DNA of 64,000 bases from Candidatus Krumholzibacteriia bacterium (lineage in GTDB: Bacteria > Krumholzibacteriota > Krumholzibacteriia > JAJRXK01): contig JBGPIA010000005.1 of the NCBI GenBank assembly GCA_041484665.1, positions 32,001 through 96,000 on the forward strand, in the 5' to 3' direction. The notes under the pieces are model-generated. The model was given only the letters and a program-made list of their open reading frames with translations. It did no database searches and was not told where the DNA came from. Numbering within the stretch: the first letter of the stretch is position 1; the number at the start of each line of letters is the position of its first letter. The position numbers and the translations under genes are program-made. This document shows, one piece after another, positions 1-8,347 of this stretch.

Positions 1-2
1 CG

Positions 3-638
3 ATTGCAGAGCTGGTCTGGGCGATCGGGCTGCGCAATCCGTTCCGCTTCCACATCGACCCGAACGACGGGGCGCTGTTCATCGCCGACGTGGGGGAGAG
101 CACGCAGGAGGAGTGGGACCGCGTCGCGTCGGGCGGGCTGAACCTCGGCTGGCCCTTCTACGAGGGCGATTTCCACGTCACCGTCGTCTCGGGCTGCACG
201 GAACCGGGGGGATTCGTCTCGCTGCCACCCATCCGCAGTTTCGACCGCACGGCGCTCTCCTCGGCCTCGGGGATGAGCGCGGGCATCTACAAGTCTCGGC
301 CGGGGGCCGCCAAGCGCTGGCCCGCCGAGTACAACGGCGACTACTTCTACGCGGAGTACTATCAGGGCTGGGTCGTGCGCGTAAAGGGCAGCGGCAGCGC
401 CTGGAGCGTGGCTCCGCAGGTGCCTGGCCAGGCCAGTGCGACGAACTGGGCTACCGGGCTCGACTCGCCCGTGGACTTCCAGATCGCGCCCGACGGCTCG
501 TGGTATTACCTGAGCCAGCTCGGCGGAGAGCTGCACAAGATCGAGTATACTGGGATCGTGACGGGTGTGCCCGCGACCTCGTCCAGCTTCGGCGGGCTGC
601 GCGCGCGCTTCGCCACGCCGCCGCAACGCAAGCGCTGA
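3..638 (+). CDS. PQQ-dependent glucose/sorbosone dehydrogenase family protein, 5'-partial
   Basis: Frame is open from the window edge: VWAIGLRNPFRFHIDP..LFIADVGE..EE..LNLGWPFYEG, later GLDSPVDFQIAPDGSWYYLS. These are GSDH beta-propeller motifs. Confidence 0.85.
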   Translation: MAELVWAIGLRNPFRFHIDPNDGALFIADVGESTQEEWDRVASGGLNLGWPFYEGDFHVTVVSGCTEPGGFVSLPPIRSFDRTALSSASGMSAGIYKSRPGAAKRWPAEYNGDYFYAEYYQGWVVRVKGSGSAWSVAPQVPGQASATNWATGLDSPVDFQIAPDGSWYYLSQLGGELHKIEYTGIVTGVPATSSSFGGLRARFATPPQRKR

Positions 639-743
639 CCGCGACCCGCCGTCGAGCGGGCGTGGGGCAGGGCAGCCGGTTGGCACGATTACCGAGCGGG
701 GCCTTCCTTCGCTTGCGCGCCGGCATCCGCACCGGGAGGCACC

Positions 744-2831
744 GTGACCACCGCGCACCGACCGCGCGCGGCGGGCGCCCTGCGTCACGCCGCCGGATCC
801 ACGATCGGGAACGCCACCCGGCGCCCAATGCCGCGGCTTGTTCCAAGGCTCCGGCCGCTGCGACTGGCCAGTCCGGCCCGTCTGGCGGCGCTCGCCTCGC
901 TCGGCGCGCTCGCAGGGCTCGCCGTCCCCTGCGTGCGCGATGCGCGGGCGGCGCTGGCTCCACTCAAGCCCCACGGGCAGTTGGTCCAGGAAGTCGTGGC
1001 GTTCCTGATGAGCGACGTCGGCAACGGCGGCATCCGCACTATGGATGGCGCCCCGCAGGGTGCCCGGGTTCCGCCGTACTTCTATCACTATTCCATTCAG
1101 CACGACGACGACCTGCCCAGCCCCACGACCGGCTACCCCGGTTACGCCAGCATCAGCTACCCGGGGTTCACGGCCAGCATCGGGATCGACGCCTTCCTCG
1201 CATACTGGGCCTACAGCGGCGACCCCCAGGCGCTGGCGCGCGCGCGCGCGTTCGCCGACTGGCTCCTGCCACGGCGAACGCCGGCCGGAGATCTCTTCGG
1301 CAACTGGCCCTACAGCACGCAGACCGACGGCACGATGGGCGGGGGCTTCGATGGCGACGCCGTCATGAGCGACAAGCCCGCCATGTTCGCCCTGCGCTGC
1401 CTGCGGCTGCACGACATCACCGGCGAGGCCGCATACCTCGACGGCGCGACGCAGATTGCCCGCACCTACGTCGCCACGCAGCACGTGGGAGGGCCGGCCG
1501 AGGACGGCCGCTGGCCCTTCCGCGTGCGCCCCAGCGACGGGCTCGTGCGCCAGGACTTCACCAGCGACCTGATTCCGGCGATCTCGCTCCTGGAGGCTCT
1601 GGAACACCGTGCGGCAGGGCAAGGCTTCGCGACGGCGGCGGCGCGGGCATGGGCCTGGCTGTGGGCCAATCCTCTGGATCCGTCCAGCGCCAACTACCAG
1701 CGCTGGGAGGGCTTCTACGAGGACATCACGCCGGCCGATGAAACCGGCAAACGCGACCACTACGGCGCCGAGGAGACGGTGCTCGGGCTGTTGCAGCGCG
1801 GGCAGCCCGGCGACGTGCAGAAGGCGATCGAGGTGTTCGGTTGGTCGACGAGCCGCTACCTGGCAGCCGATGGCTTCCAGAACGGTTACGGCGCGTACGC
1901 GCCGTCGATCCTGGAGTGGGACGCGTGGATGAACACGACCTACTCGGCGACCGGGCAGTGGGCGTACGTCAACCTGCGCCTGGACGAGGCGACGCGCGGC
2001 ACACCGCTGCACGACCCGACGTGGCGGACGAGGGCGATCCAGGCATTGCACACGCTCACCTATGGGCAGGGCGCGCAGCCGTTGCCCCATGACGGCCGCA
2101 TGCTCACCACCATCCGCGAGCTCGTGCAGCCGTTGTTCGGCAGCGAGACCTGGTACGAGCAGAGCCTCAATACCGTCAAGTACATGCTGCTGAGCTTCGG
2201 GCTCGCGCCCGAGCTGGCTCCCGCCGGCGAGGATCACCTGGTGGGCTTTTCGGGGAGCGAGCTCACGGCGGTCCAGTATTCCGGCGACCGCATCGTAACG
2301 CGCTGGAGCGGGCCGGGCCGGGCGTTCCTGCGCCTGCAGCTCGCCCCGCGGGCGGTGCTCATCGATGGCATCTGGCAGACGGTGCCCGTGGGCGACCTCT
2401 CGGGCGCCACCGCGGCATGGACCTGGCAACCCGATCCGGGCGTTTGCACCATCGCGCATCCCGGCGGCGACGTCGTCATTGCCCTCTCCGGGGCCACGGC
2501 TGTCGGCGAACCGCCCAGCAGCGGCGATCGCCCCGCGGATGCGGACCGCGCTGGAGGCGACATCCTGCTGCCGCCGCATCCCAGCCCGGCGAACCCCGCC
2601 ACGACCCTAGACTTCGTGCTGGGATCCGGCGGGCGCGCGCGCATTGCCGTGCACGACCTGCGCGGTCGCACCGTGTGCGTGCTGCTCGATGCGGAGCGCC
2701 CGGCGGGCTTTGGCCGGGTCGTCTGGCGTGGCACCGACGCGGCCGGCCGCGCGGTTGCTAGCGGAACCTACCTCGTACGCATGGAGACTGTAAGCGGCGC
2801 GCACGTGCGCAACGTCACACTGGCGCGCTGA
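744..2831 (+). CDS. Secreted helical (glycoside hydrolase-like) protein with C-terminal FlgD-Ig/T9SS-CTD-like domain
   Basis: GGGAGG SD before GTG 744 (alternative ATG 828). Hydrophobic signal ends in ARA. C-terminus HPSPANPATTLDF..VHDLRGRTV..WRGTDAAGRAVASGTYLVRM. The catalytic fold is inferred only. Confidence 0.7.
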   Translation: MTTAHRPRAAGALRHAAGSTIGNATRRPMPRLVPRLRPLRLASPARLAALASLGALAGLAVPCVRDARAALAPLKPHGQLVQEVVAFLMSDVGNGGIRTMDGAPQGARVPPYFYHYSIQHDDDLPSPTTGYPGYASISYPGFTASIGIDAFLAYWAYSGDPQALARARAFADWLLPRRTPAGDLFGNWPYSTQTDGTMGGGFDGDAVMSDKPAMFALRCLRLHDITGEAAYLDGATQIARTYVATQHVGGPAEDGRWPFRVRPSDGLVRQDFTSDLIPAISLLEALEHRAAGQGFATAAARAWAWLWANPLDPSSANYQRWEGFYEDITPADETGKRDHYGAEETVLGLLQRGQPGDVQKAIEVFGWSTSRYLAADGFQNGYGAYAPSILEWDAWMNTTYSATGQWAYVNLRLDEATRGTPLHDPTWRTRAIQALHTLTYGQGAQPLPHDGRMLTTIRELVQPLFGSETWYEQSLNTVKYMLLSFGLAPELAPAGEDHLVGFSGSELTAVQYSGDRIVTRWSGPGRAFLRLQLAPRAVLIDGIWQTVPVGDLSGATAAWTWQPDPGVCTIAHPGGDVVIALSGATAVGEPPSSGDRPADADRAGGDILLPPHPSPANPATTLDFVLGSGGRARIAVHDLRGRTVCVLLDAERPAGFGRVVWRGTDAAGRAVASGTYLVRMETVSGAHVRNVTLAR

Positions 2832-2858
2832 GCGCCGGGCGCTGCGCGCGAGTTTGCC

Positions 2859-3929
2859 TCAGGCCGAGCTGGCGTTGGTGCGGGAGCGCGCCGCCGCGCC
2901 GTGCAGGTCCTGGGCGCAGTGCAGGTCCTGCATCAGCGCGGAGATGCGGTCCAGGTCGCGCTTGAGCTCCGCGAACATCTCCAGCGTGAGCGCCTGGGGG
3001 CCGTCGCTCAGGGCACGGCTGGGGTCGGGATGCACCTCGACCATGATGCCCGCGGCGCCGCACGCCGCCGCAGCGCGGGCCAGGGCGGGGACGAGCTCCC
3101 GCGCGCCCGCGGCGTGGCTGGGATCGACGATCACCGGAAGGTGGGTGAGCTGGCGCAGCACCGGGATCGCCGAGATGTCCAGCGTGAAGCGCGTGCTGCG
3201 CTCGAAGGTCCGGATGCCGCGCTCGCATAGCACGATATCCTCGCAGCCCTCCGAGCGGACGTACTCGGCCGCGTTGAGCAGCTCCTCGATTGTGGCGCTG
3301 ATTCCGCGCTTGAGCAGCACCGGCTTGCCCATGCGCCCCGCCTCGCGCAGCAGCCGGAAATTCTGCATGTTGCGCGCGCCGATCTGGATCATGTCCGCGT
3401 AGCGGGCCAGCAGGTCGATGTCGTCCTCGCTCAGCAGCTCGCTGACGACCGGAAGGTGGGTCTCGTCGCGGGCGGCCTTGAGGATCTTGAGGCCCTCTTC
3501 GCCCAGGCCCTGGAAACTATAGGGGCTCGTGCGCGGCTTGAACGCGCCTCCGCGCAGCATGTGCGCGCCGCACCCCTTGATGTGGCGGGCGATGGTCAAC
3601 ACCTGCTCGCGGCTCTCCACGGCGCACGGACCGGCGATGACGACCAGCTCGTCGCCGCCAAACTCCACGCGGCCCACGCGCACGATGGTGTCGGCGGCCT
3701 GGAACTCGCGGCTGACCAGCTTGTAGGGGACCCCGATGCGCACCACGTCCTCGACGTCGTCGAGGCTGCGCAGCTGCTCGCGATCGTCCTCGCTGGGCGA
3801 GCCGACCACCCCGATGACGGTCCGCTCCCCGCGGCGCGAGATGTGCGCCGCGTGCCCCTGGCGCTCGATCGCGTCGACCACCTTCCCCACCGCAGTGGGA
3901 GAAGCGTCGGGTCTGAGGATGACGATCAT
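2859..3929 (-). CDS. aroF: DAHP synthase type I-beta with N-terminal ACT-like domain
   Basis: MIVILR start with AAGGA SD. Motifs IAGPCAVES, RGGAFKPRTSPYSFQGLG, QIGARNMQN, CERGIRTF, DPSHA. Confidence 0.95.
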   Translation of the reverse strand: MIVILRPDASPTAVGKVVDAIERQGHAAHISRRGERTVIGVVGSPSEDDREQLRSLDDVEDVVRIGVPYKLVSREFQAADTIVRVGRVEFGGDELVVIAGPCAVESREQVLTIARHIKGCGAHMLRGGAFKPRTSPYSFQGLGEEGLKILKAARDETHLPVVSELLSEDDIDLLARYADMIQIGARNMQNFRLLREAGRMGKPVLLKRGISATIEELLNAAEYVRSEGCEDIVLCERGIRTFERSTRFTLDISAIPVLRQLTHLPVIVDPSHAAGARELVPALARAAAACGAAGIMVEVHPDPSRALSDGPQALTLEMFAELKRDLDRISALMQDLHCAQDLHGAAARSRTNASSA

Positions 3930-4011
3930 CGGCTCGTCCTTCCCGCGGGGGCTGCGGTCCCGTCCTCCCCTGGCGTGGTGTCTCGCCTCATGGACCGTGG
4001 AGGGAGCGGGC

Positions 4012-4047
4012 AAAAAAAACCACCCGTGGCGTCAAGGCCTGGGTGGT
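4012..4047 (-). terminator. Intrinsic terminator (attenuator) upstream of aroF
   Basis: Minus strand ACCACCCAGGC-CTTGAC-GCCACGGGTGGT running into a T8 tract. Confidence 0.85.
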
Positions 4048-4080
4048 GCGGGTTGGGCCGTCAACGACTCTGGCTGTCGA

Positions 4081-4173
4081 TCAGAACGGCCCCACGCACA
4101 CCCCGGCGCCGGTCCAGGACCATCCGAACCCCGTGCGGCAGGTGGAGCCGATGTGCTTGCTAATCGACCACAT
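4081..4173 (-). CDS. aroF leader peptide, 30 aa: MWSISKHIGSTCRTGFGWSWTGAGVCVGPF
   Basis: GAGGA SD 8 nt before ATG. 3 Trp + 2 Phe with an FGWSW cluster. Lies between a promoter and the terminator. Confidence 0.75.
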   Translation of the reverse strand: MWSISKHIGSTCRTGFGWSWTGAGVCVGPF

Positions 4174-4196
4174 CGCAACGATCCTCGTTCGTCCCA

Positions 4197-4226
4197 ACCA
4201 TAGGCCAGCGCCGCGCGGGGTGTCAA
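4197..4226 (-). promoter_or_regulatory. sigma70-type promoter of the aroF leader
   Basis: TTGACA-N18-TATGGT on the minus strand. Confidence 0.6.
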
Positions 4227-4356
4227 CAGGCCACCGGCGGCAGCGCATGCGCGGGGCCCGCGATGGCGGCGGACCCGGTTCGTATGTAGCTAGACACCTT
4301 GGCCTTGGCGCGGCTCCCCGTGGCCGAGGGTGCACCCGCAACGAGGACTCCCCCCC

Positions 4357-5841
4357 ATGACCGATCCGACCAGCACCGCTCCTGCGCACGGCGCTTTGTT
4401 GCCGCCGGCTCCCAGCCAGGGGGCCGCGCTGTCCGGCGTTTCGAGCCACGGGGGCCCGCCGTCGTTGGTTCCCGCACCAGGGGGCGTGGCGCAGGCGGTT
4501 GCCACTCACGGTGGCGCTGCGCCCTTGGCCTCAGGCCAGGGCGCTGCGGGCGCTTCGGCGCCCCCCGCTGCAGCCGTCCCGCCGGGTGCCCAGGCGGTTA
4601 CCTCGGTGCTCGGGCCTGCGGGCGGCGAGAGCAAGGCCACGCGGCACAAGGCCTTCTACCGCAAACTCGACGCGCTGCTGGGCCAGATCGGGTTGGAGCA
4701 GGGGATCGAGTCGATGCTGACCGCGATCCTCGTCCGTGTGACCGACGATTTCGCCGAGGTCACGGGCATCGTGTCGGGTCGCCTCTACAAGGAAGACGGC
4801 GACGACTACGTGGTCGTGCGCAGCTTCGGCGCGAAGGGGAAGGCGATCCTGGGCTTCCGCGTGCCGAAGACCTACACCCCGTTCCGCAGCCTCGCGCGCG
4901 AGAAGACGGGTTTCTTCGCAGCCGACGATCCGCGCCTGGACCGCCAGCTCGAGGGCGAGCTGGGCGTCGGCCACTTCGTCGCCTTTTACGTCGGAACCAC
5001 GGGCCGCTACATCGCGGCTTTCGGGATCGGCGCACAGGCCGACGTGGAAGAGGCGCTGCTGACGATCAACACGCTGCGCTACGCCATCCAGCACCGCATC
5101 CGCGAGTTGACCCTGGAGGGGCAGCTCAAGGAAGCGCGCTCCATCCAAATGAGCATGCTCCCGGAGGAGCCGCCGGAATTCCCGGGCTTCGAGCTGACCG
5201 GGCGCAGCATCCCCGCCGAGGAGGTCGGCGGTGACATCTACGATTTCATCCCCATCGACGATTCGCTGCTGGGCGTCGCCATCGGCGACGCGTCGGGGCA
5301 CGGGCTGCCCGCGGCGCTGCAGGCGCGCGACGCGGTGACCGGCCTACGCATGGGCGTGCAGCGGGACCTCAAGATCACGTCGGTGCTCCACAAGCTCAAC
5401 AACGTGATCCACTACAGCGGGCTGACCAGCCGCTTCGTGAGCCTCTTCTACGGCGAGCTGGAGCGCAGCGGCACCTTCGTGTACGTCAACGCCGGCCACA
5501 ACGCCGGGCTCATGCTGCGCGCCGACGGCACGCGCAGCGAGCTGGGCTCGACTGGGATCGTGCTGGGTCCTGTGGAGGACGCGGCCTACCGCCGCAACTT
5601 CGTTTTCTTCCAGCCCGGCGACACCATGGTGCTCTACACCGATGGGATGATCGAGCGCTTGGGCCCCGCCGGGGAGTACGGATTGGACCGGCTCGAGAAG
5701 GTCGCCCGCGAGGGGCTGTCCAAGTCCCTCCCGTTGCCGGAGGTGCTCGCGTCGCTGTTCGACGACACCTTCCGCTTCGGGGACGGCATGCCGTGGAGCG
5801 ACGACGCGACCGTTGTCATGGTCCGCCGCCTGCCGGCTTGA
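4357..5841 (+). CDS. PP2C/SpoIIE (RsbU-like) Ser/Thr phosphatase with GAF-like domain
   Basis: ARSIQMSMLP, EVGGDIYD, IGDASGHG, YVNAGHN, LYTDG, DDAT. Ala/Pro-rich N-terminus. Confidence 0.9.
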   Translation: MTDPTSTAPAHGALLPPAPSQGAALSGVSSHGGPPSLVPAPGGVAQAVATHGGAAPLASGQGAAGASAPPAAAVPPGAQAVTSVLGPAGGESKATRHKAFYRKLDALLGQIGLEQGIESMLTAILVRVTDDFAEVTGIVSGRLYKEDGDDYVVVRSFGAKGKAILGFRVPKTYTPFRSLAREKTGFFAADDPRLDRQLEGELGVGHFVAFYVGTTGRYIAAFGIGAQADVEEALLTINTLRYAIQHRIRELTLEGQLKEARSIQMSMLPEEPPEFPGFELTGRSIPAEEVGGDIYDFIPIDDSLLGVAIGDASGHGLPAALQARDAVTGLRMGVQRDLKITSVLHKLNNVIHYSGLTSRFVSLFYGELERSGTFVYVNAGHNAGLMLRADGTRSELGSTGIVLGPVEDAAYRRNFVFFQPGDTMVLYTDGMIERLGPAGEYGLDRLEKVAREGLSKSLPLPEVLASLFDDTFRFGDGMPWSDDATVVMVRRLPA

Positions 5842-5936
5842 CGGTTTGCGACGCGCTCTGGTCGCTGGCTGCCGCCTGCCGGCTCGACGCTCTGCCGCCT
5901 GCCCGCTGGACGCCCTGCCGCCTGCCGGCCGACGGT
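5823..5936. repeat. 23-bp-period degenerate repeat derived from the PP2C 3' end
   Basis: Units cYgccgcctgccggctYgacgSt at 5823, 5869, 5892, 5915. Confidence 0.7.
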
Positions 5937-6233
5937 CCTCCCCTTGACCTCGCGATGGTGCGCCATTCGCCAGTTTGCCAGAGTGATGATGCGCGGCCGG
6001 GCGCGCGCCGCTTGCCCTGACCGCCACCGCACCCTTGCTTTGGGGCAACGCCGGGTCCGCCGGGCCGCCCGGAGGTGGTCCAGTGCCATGAGAGCCCGGC
6101 TCGGCCGCCCGCGACCGCCCTGGGGAGGCTTCCCCACGGCGGTGAGCGCCCCCTGCTACCGGGCTGTCGGCTTGGCGAAGGCTGGGCGAAGCCGTATCGT
6201 CGCCCCGTCGCGCGCCCAGCGGCGGAGGAACCC

Positions 6234-7055
6234 GTGATTCCTGGGACATTCATGCCGTTCTGGGGCGCCCTGCCGCTGTATGTCGCGGCCGGCGCGCTGT
6301 ACGCGGTCTCGTTCTTCTCCGAGCGCCGCGACCTCGCCCGTCGCGCCAGCCTTCTGGTTGGTGTGAACATCCTCCTGCACGCCTTGGGGCTGCTCATCCT
6401 AGGAGCACAGCGCGGGGCTTGGCCGCCGGTCAGCACGGGGGAGTCGCTCTCGGAGGTCGCGCTGGCCACCGCGATGATCTACCTGTACCTGGAGGTCCGG
6501 ACCGCGCAGCGCGGGATGGGCCTGTTCGCGCTGGTGCTGGTGATCGCGTTCCAGCTGGGCGCGGCGGTGCGCGGTGCGGCCCATACGGTGTCGCCCATCC
6601 TGCACTCGCCGATCCTGGCCCCGCACACCTTCGCCAATATCCTCGCGTTCACGAGCTTCACCATCGGTGCCTTCACCTCGGTGACGTACCTGCTGCAGTA
6701 CCGCCGGCTGCGCAGTGGCCGGCCCGGCACGCTCTTCACGCGTCTGCCGCCGCTGGAGGTCGTCGACACCATGACCTTCCGGTCGACGCAGGCGGGAATG
6801 CTCTTCCTGACGGTCGGCATGGTGCTGGGGGCGATCCTGGCGCACATCAAATGGGGTAGGGCCTGGAGCTGGGACCCCAAGCAGTGCACCACCCTGACGA
6901 TCTGGCTGCTCTACGCGCTGGTGCTCTACCTGCGCCGCTTCCGCTCCTGGCAGGGGGGTCGCATCTCGGCGATGACGTTGACGGCGTTCGGCGCTGTCGT
7001 CCTCTCACTCTTCCTGGTGTCGACGGTGATCAAGTCCGCGCACCAATTCGCATGA
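6234..7055 (+). CDS. ccsA: Cytochrome c assembly protein CcsA/HemX family
   Basis: Multiple TM segments. WG..WSWDPK (WWD) motif. Conserved His. GGAGG SD before GTG. Directly upstream of hemA. Confidence 0.85.
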   Translation: MIPGTFMPFWGALPLYVAAGALYAVSFFSERRDLARRASLLVGVNILLHALGLLILGAQRGAWPPVSTGESLSEVALATAMIYLYLEVRTAQRGMGLFALVLVIAFQLGAAVRGAAHTVSPILHSPILAPHTFANILAFTSFTIGAFTSVTYLLQYRRLRSGRPGTLFTRLPPLEVVDTMTFRSTQAGMLFLTVGMVLGAILAHIKWGRAWSWDPKQCTTLTIWLLYALVLYLRRFRSWQGGRISAMTLTAFGAVVLSLFLVSTVIKSAHQFA

Positions 7056-7065
7056 GGCGGCAGCC

Positions 7066-8334
7066 GTGACGCTCCTGCTGCTCGGGCAGAACCACGAGAC
7101 CGCGCCGGTCGACCTGCGCGAGCGCGTGGCCTTCACGCCCGACAAGCTGGAGCTGGCCGCCGGGCTCATCACGCGCGACGACCTGCTGCGCGAGGGCGCC
7201 GTGCTGTCCACGTGCAACCGCGCCGAGCTGTACGCCGTGTGCGACGATCCCGAGCAGGGGGAGGCGCGGCTGGCAGCCCTGCTCTCCAGCGTGCATGGCG
7301 TGTCGCTCGCTGCGCTGGACGGCTCGCTCTACCGCCTGCGCGAGGAGGAGGCGGCCCGGCATCTGTTTCGGGTGGCCAGCGGGCTGGACTCCATGATCGT
7401 GGGCGAGGGACAGATCCTGGGGCAGGTGAAGGACGCCTACAGCTGGGCTCGCGAGCGCCAGCTCGCCCACGAGACCCTGCACCGGCTGTTCCACCACGCG
7501 GTGGCATGCGGCAAGCAGGTTCGCCGCGACACCGCGATCGGTGAGGGCGCGGTCTCGGTCGCCTACGCCGCGGTCGACTTGGCGCGCCGGATCTTCCGCG
7601 ACCTCAGCCAGCAAACGGTGCTGCTGCTGGGCGCCGGCGAGACCGGGCGCAAGGTCGCCCGGCAGCTGCAGCAGTACGGCGTGCGCGACCTGCGCGTGAG
7701 CAACCGCACGATTGGACGCGCGGAGGAGCTGGCGACGGAGCTCACAGCCTCGCTCGTGCCCTGGGACTTGTTCCCCGAGCATCTGGCGGAGGCGGGGATC
7801 GTGGTCACCGCCACCGCCTCGGCCGACCCGATCCTCACCACCAAGCACGTGCGCGCGGCGCTGCACGAGCGCGGCCGGCGCACGCTGTTCCTGATCGACC
7901 TCTCGGTGCCGCGCAACGTCCAGCCCGAGGTCGCCCGGCTGGCCGGCGTCTTCCTCTACAACATCGACGCTCTCAAGGGCATCGTCGACGAGCAGCGCGA
8001 GCTGCGGCGCAAGGAGGCGCTCAAGGCCGAGCGCATCGTCGAGGAGCAGCTGCGCGAGTTCCTGCAGTGGTACCGCGCCCGTGCGGCCGCGCCGACTCTG
8101 ACCGAGATCCGCGAGCGGATCGAGGCGGTGCGCCAGGCCGAGTTGGCAGCGGCGCGCGCCCGTCTCACCCCCGAGGCCTACGAGGAGCTCGACCGCATCA
8201 CGCGGCGCCTGGTGAACAAGATCCTCCATACTCCCACCGTGCAGCTGAAGAAGCAGATGGGCCAAGAAGAGGAGCAGCGTCTGCTGCAGCAGGTGCGCGA
8301 TCTGTTCGGGCTCGACGACGCCCCGAGCGCGTGA
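7066..8334 (+). CDS. hemA: Glutamyl-tRNA reductase
   Basis: HETAPVDLRE, LSTCNRAELY, VASGLDSMIVGEGQILGQVK, GAGETG, DLSVPRN. Confidence 0.97.
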   Translation: MTLLLLGQNHETAPVDLRERVAFTPDKLELAAGLITRDDLLREGAVLSTCNRAELYAVCDDPEQGEARLAALLSSVHGVSLAALDGSLYRLREEEAARHLFRVASGLDSMIVGEGQILGQVKDAYSWARERQLAHETLHRLFHHAVACGKQVRRDTAIGEGAVSVAYAAVDLARRIFRDLSQQTVLLLGAGETGRKVARQLQQYGVRDLRVSNRTIGRAEELATELTASLVPWDLFPEHLAEAGIVVTATASADPILTTKHVRAALHERGRRTLFLIDLSVPRNVQPEVARLAGVFLYNIDALKGIVDEQRELRRKEALKAERIVEEQLREFLQWYRARAAAPTLTEIRERIEAVRQAELAAARARLTPEAYEELDRITRRLVNKILHTPTVQLKKQMGQEEEQRLLQQVRDLFGLDDAPSA

Positions 8335-8347
8335 GGCCGGCCTCCCC

